A stretch of DNA of 64,000 nt from an uncultured Spirochaetota bacterium (GTDB lineage: Bacteria > Spirochaetota > Spirochaetia > SZUA-6 > Fen-1364): the NCBI GenBank assembly GCA_963820525.1, contig CAWGAA010000001.1:1-64000 (forward strand), in the 5' to 3' direction. The notes under the pieces are model-generated. The model searched no databases. It was given only the letters and a program-made list of their open reading frames with translations, and was not told where the DNA came from. The translations under genes and the position numbers were made by a program. Position 1 is the first letter of the stretch, and the number at the start of each line of letters is the position of its first letter. Positions 61,060-64,000 of the stretch are shown here, piece after piece.

Positions 61060-61811
61060 CTTTCACCATTCTCACCCTTTTTCCAGAGCTCTTTGAAGGC
61101 TTTCTCTCGAGCTCCATCCTGGCCCGCGCAATCGAGCGGGGGCTGGTGAGCGTCAGGCTGGTGGATATCCGCGATTTCGCGGCGGACCGGCACAGAGTCT
61201 GCGACGACTACTCCTATGGGGGAGGGCCGGGAATGGTCCTCAAGCCCGAGCCCCTCGCGCGGGCAATCGAATCGGTGGGCGTCGAGGGCAAACGGGTAGT
61301 TTACCTCACCCCCGCCGGCAGGCTATACTCCCAGGCCTTCGCGGAGCGGCTGGCGGGAGAAGGCGAGGTCGTGCTCCTGTGCGGGAGGTATGAAGGCATC
61401 GATCAGAGGATAATCGACGCCTTTGCCACCGACGAGGTCTCCATCGGGGACTACGTGCTCTCCGGCGGCGAGGTGGCCGCCATGGTGGTGGTGGATTCGG
61501 TCTCCCGGCTCCTTGAGGGCGTGATCGCCAGGGAATCCCTCGAGGAGGAGAGCTTTGGCGCCGGCGGGGGTCTCCTTGAGTATCCCCACTTCACCCGCCC
61601 CGAGGTTTTCCGGGGGGTACGGGTTCCCGAGGTGCTGCTCTCGGGGCACCACGAGAAGATCCGCAGGTGGCGATTGGAGAGAAGCATCGAGAAGACGCTG
61701 AGGTATCGTCCCGAGCTCCTCGCGTCGGCCGATCTCCCGCAGGAAGTGAAAGAGATCCTGCGGGAAATAAACAGAGAAGGAGATGGGCATGGATCTGTTG
61801 AAAGCGATTGA
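61056..61811 (+). CDS. trmD: tRNA (guanine-N1)-methyltransferase
   Basis: [29 protein letters not shown] and LEYPHFTRP motifs. Confidence 0.97.
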   Translation: MTFTILTLFPELFEGFLSSSILARAIERGLVSVRLVDIRDFAADRHRVCDDYSYGGGPGMVLKPEPLARAIESVGVEGKRVVYLTPAGRLYSQAFAERLAGEGEVVLLCGRYEGIDQRIIDAFATDEVSIGDYVLSGGEVAAMVVVDSVSRLLEGVIARESLEEESFGAGGGLLEYPHFTRPEVFRGVRVPEVLLSGHHEKIRRWRLERSIEKTLRYRPELLASADLPQEVKEILREINREGDGHGSVESD

Positions 61812-62214
61812 GGCGTCACAGCTGAAGGAAAATGCGGAGGAGTTCCGCATCGGAGATACCGTAAAGGTCCACTTCAAGATCATCGAGGGAAAGACCGAGC
61901 GCGTGCAGGTTTTCGAAGGCATCGTCATCGCCAAGAAGCGCTCCGGCCTCAGGAAGACCTTCACCGTCAGGAAGATTTCCTACGGGGTGGGCGTGGAAAG
62001 GACTTTCCCCCTCCATTCGCCCAAAATCCAGAAGATCGTGCGCGTGCGGGAAGGCAAGGTACGGCGCGCCAAGCTGTACTACATCAGGAACCGCTACGGC
62101 AAAGCGGCCAAGGTGGCCGAGCTGATCAGAAAGCGCCGCGACATGAAGGTGCCCGAAACGGGGGCCGCGCAAACGGCGGAGAAGGCGGGATCCGAGCCTC
62201 AAGAGAACGCATAG
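61789..62214 (+). CDS. rplS: 50S ribosomal protein L19
   Basis: GDTVKV, RVQVFEG, FTVRKIS.GVGVER and VRRAKLYY motifs. Confidence 0.97.
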   Translation: MDLLKAIEASQLKENAEEFRIGDTVKVHFKIIEGKTERVQVFEGIVIAKKRSGLRKTFTVRKISYGVGVERTFPLHSPKIQKIVRVREGKVRRAKLYYIRNRYGKAAKVAELIRKRRDMKVPETGAAQTAEKAGSEPQENA

Positions 62215-62232
62215 GCTCTCTCCCGCGAGCGC

Positions 62233-63237
62233 ATGGTTTCCAAGAGCGTCGCAGGGAATATCCAGATCACGGCATGGCGCGAGCTCAGGCTGCAGGCGGG
62301 CGAGCTGGTGTCCTTAAGTGTTCTCAAGCAGCTGGCGGAGCACAGGTGGGCCGTCGGAATCCAGGGGCGTGTCTTTCCCGCTTTTTCAAAGCTCGATCTC
62401 GTCGTCGGGACGGCGGTTCGCGCCCGCGTTTCGCTTGCCGGCGGGAAGCTTATCTTCACGATTGAAAGGCCGGAAGCGAATCCCACGGCGGCCGTTCTCG
62501 CGAGGCAGGGGCTCCCCGGCGGAAGGCTCTCGGAGCTCATCGCCTCCGCGCTTCTTCGGGCCGGCCAGCCCGTGAGCCCCGAGCTCGTGGAGAAGATCAA
62601 ATCCCTGCTCGAGCGCACTCCGCTTCGAAAGGAGCGGGCGGCAAGGAACCTGGCGGCACTTCTGGACAAGGGAATAGACCTGACGAGCCCGGCCGCCCAG
62701 AGCATCATGGAATGGATCAGCTTCGGAGAGAAGGGCTCACGAGATCATCGGCGTCATCGAGAACGGGGCATGCCAAAGTGCGCGAGCGCGGTACGGCAAG
62801 AGCTTAAGTCCCTGGCCGCTCGGCCGGCGGGGGAGGCCGGCGGGCTCGCCGTTTTCAACCACCTGAAGGGAAAAAACCAGTCATGGATCGTCATCCCCTT
62901 CCTCTTTTCCGATGAGGGCAACGAGTACCCCGGCACGATGAAGCTCCTCTTCGACCCCTTCCAGGCCAGGCCGCTCGCCTTCACGCTCACCGTGGCGCCC
63001 AACGGCGGGGCGGAGATCGCCTTTCATCTCCGCCTCACGGGAAAGAAGAGCCTCTCGGTATTTGCAGGGGATCGGCGGATGCGGTCGACGGCGGGAAGGT
63101 CTCTGGGCAGGCTCGCCTCAAATTTGCATAACCTGGGGATCGAAGTTGACGATACTATACATGGGGAGGAGAGCTTTGACGGCTTTTCACCCGCGTGGGA
63201 GGGGGCGATCGTGCGCGAAGTGGACACTGTCGGGTAA
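62233..63237 (+). CDS. Hypothetical protein
   Basis: Long ORF in operon orientation; FNHL...WIVIPF motif; precedes the FlhB-like gene. Confidence 0.7.
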   Translation: MVSKSVAGNIQITAWRELRLQAGELVSLSVLKQLAEHRWAVGIQGRVFPAFSKLDLVVGTAVRARVSLAGGKLIFTIERPEANPTAAVLARQGLPGGRLSELIASALLRAGQPVSPELVEKIKSLLERTPLRKERAARNLAALLDKGIDLTSPAAQSIMEWISFGEKGSRDHRRHRERGMPKCASAVRQELKSLAARPAGEAGGLAVFNHLKGKNQSWIVIPFLFSDEGNEYPGTMKLLFDPFQARPLAFTLTVAPNGGAEIAFHLRLTGKKSLSVFAGDRRMRSTAGRSLGRLASNLHNLGIEVDDTIHGEESFDGFSPAWEGAIVREVDTVG

Positions 63238-63243
63238 GCGGGC

Positions 63244-63501
63244 ATGGCCAGGGCGGAAAAAGCGGCCGCGCTGCGGTATACTGAGGATCTTCCCGCGCCC
63301 ATAGTTGTCGCGGCCGGCAAGGGGGCGCTTGCGGCGCTCATCAAAAAGATAGCGAAGGAGAACGGAGTGGTCCTGGTGGAAAACCCCGAGCTCGCCGACA
63401 CCCTTCTCAGCCTGGAAGTCGGGTCTCTCATCCCGGAATCACTGTACGCCGTCATTGCCGAAATACTCGCTTTCGTGCGAACCCTGGGGTCCAAGAGATG
63501 A
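63244..63501 (+). CDS. Stand-alone FlhB C-terminal-like (EscU/YscU family) protein
   Basis: AAALRY..APIVVAAGKG..A..I...A...IPESLYAVIAEIL. Confidence 0.88.
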   Translation: MARAEKAAALRYTEDLPAPIVVAAGKGALAALIKKIAKENGVVLVENPELADTLLSLEVGSLIPESLYAVIAEILAFVRTLGSKR

Positions 63502-64000
63502 AGAGCATCAAGACGTCCGACCTGCAGGACGGAATGAAGTTCGACAAGCCCGTTTTCGTCGATGGAGAGAATGTCTTCGTTCCGGCGGGCATTCCCATCC
63601 GCCAGAAGGACATTGACCGGCTGCTGCGCTGGGAGATCGCGGAGGTTCAAACCGAGGGAGATCTCGTCAAAGAGGGGCCGAGAAAGCCCGGCGAGCCCAT
63701 CGACCTCTCGATCTTCAAGGACCTGACCGGGGACAAGAAGTCGCTGGAGGTGTACCTCAGGGCAATCGAGGAATACGACCGCATCACGGCGGACATCATG
63801 GAGGGACGCGACCCGGAGAGGACCAAGATAGACTCCGTGGTCAACCTGCTGCTGGAAAGGATCAAGGAGAACAGGAACGAGATGATCCAGCTCATCCTCA
63901 TGGGAGGAAAGACGGATCGAAAGATATCGGCTAGCGCCGTCAATGTCACCATCCTCTCCACCATCATCGGAATGGTCTTGAGATTCACCAGCCACCGCCT
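63498..64000 (+). CDS. Probable HD-GYP domain protein, N-terminal part (runs off the window)
   Basis: Open frame from ATG 63498: MKSIKTSDLQDGMKFDKPVFVDG..RLLRW..SAVNVTILSTIIG; the catalytic motifs lie beyond the window. Confidence 0.6.
   Translation, partial: MKSIKTSDLQDGMKFDKPVFVDGENVFVPAGIPIRQKDIDRLLRWEIAEVQTEGDLVKEGPRKPGEPIDLSIFKDLTGDKKSLEVYLRAIEEYDRITADIMEGRDPERTKIDSVVNLLLERIKENRNEMIQLILMGGKTDRKISASAVNVTILSTIIGMVLRFTSHR

Overview
GC-rich bacterial chromosomal segment, most likely from a Spirochaetia member. Supporting signs are the PUR-domain gene next to rnhB and a short smc, a DUF3996-like beta-barrel gene, and rplS followed by FlhB-like and HD-GYP-like genes. In order, the window holds a degraded membrane-protein pseudogene, a polyol dehydrogenase plus FGGY kinase, and a pcm/NTPase/SagB/zinc-finger cluster. 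Next come prkA-yeaH-spoVR, two ATP-grasp ligases, iorAB, an M20 hydrolase and a GyrI/MerR pair with a BmrR-like operator. These are followed by an NRAMP-like transporter with a frameshifted MgtE-type cytosolic protein, carAB, gpsA and a stand-alone accessory dnaE with a palindrome over its promoter. The rest comprises tRNA-Val, an RRM protein, an MFS/spermidine-synthase fusion, a LacI-regulated ABC operon with two GH94 phosphorylases, mtfA, a yehZYXW-type ABC system, tRNA-Gly with C33, and the smc/ffh-rpsP-khpA-rimM-trmD-rplS block. I saw no CRISPR array, integrase, transposase, prophage or rRNA, and no unmistakable new multi-gene system. The best leads are the dnaE operator, an unannotated membrane microprotein carrying the LacI-type site, the C33 tRNA-Gly, a tandem CCCH microprotein, a possible -1 frameshift in the MgtE-like gene, and frequent leaderless promoter architecture. 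All family calls come from recognising motifs by eye; no database search was run.
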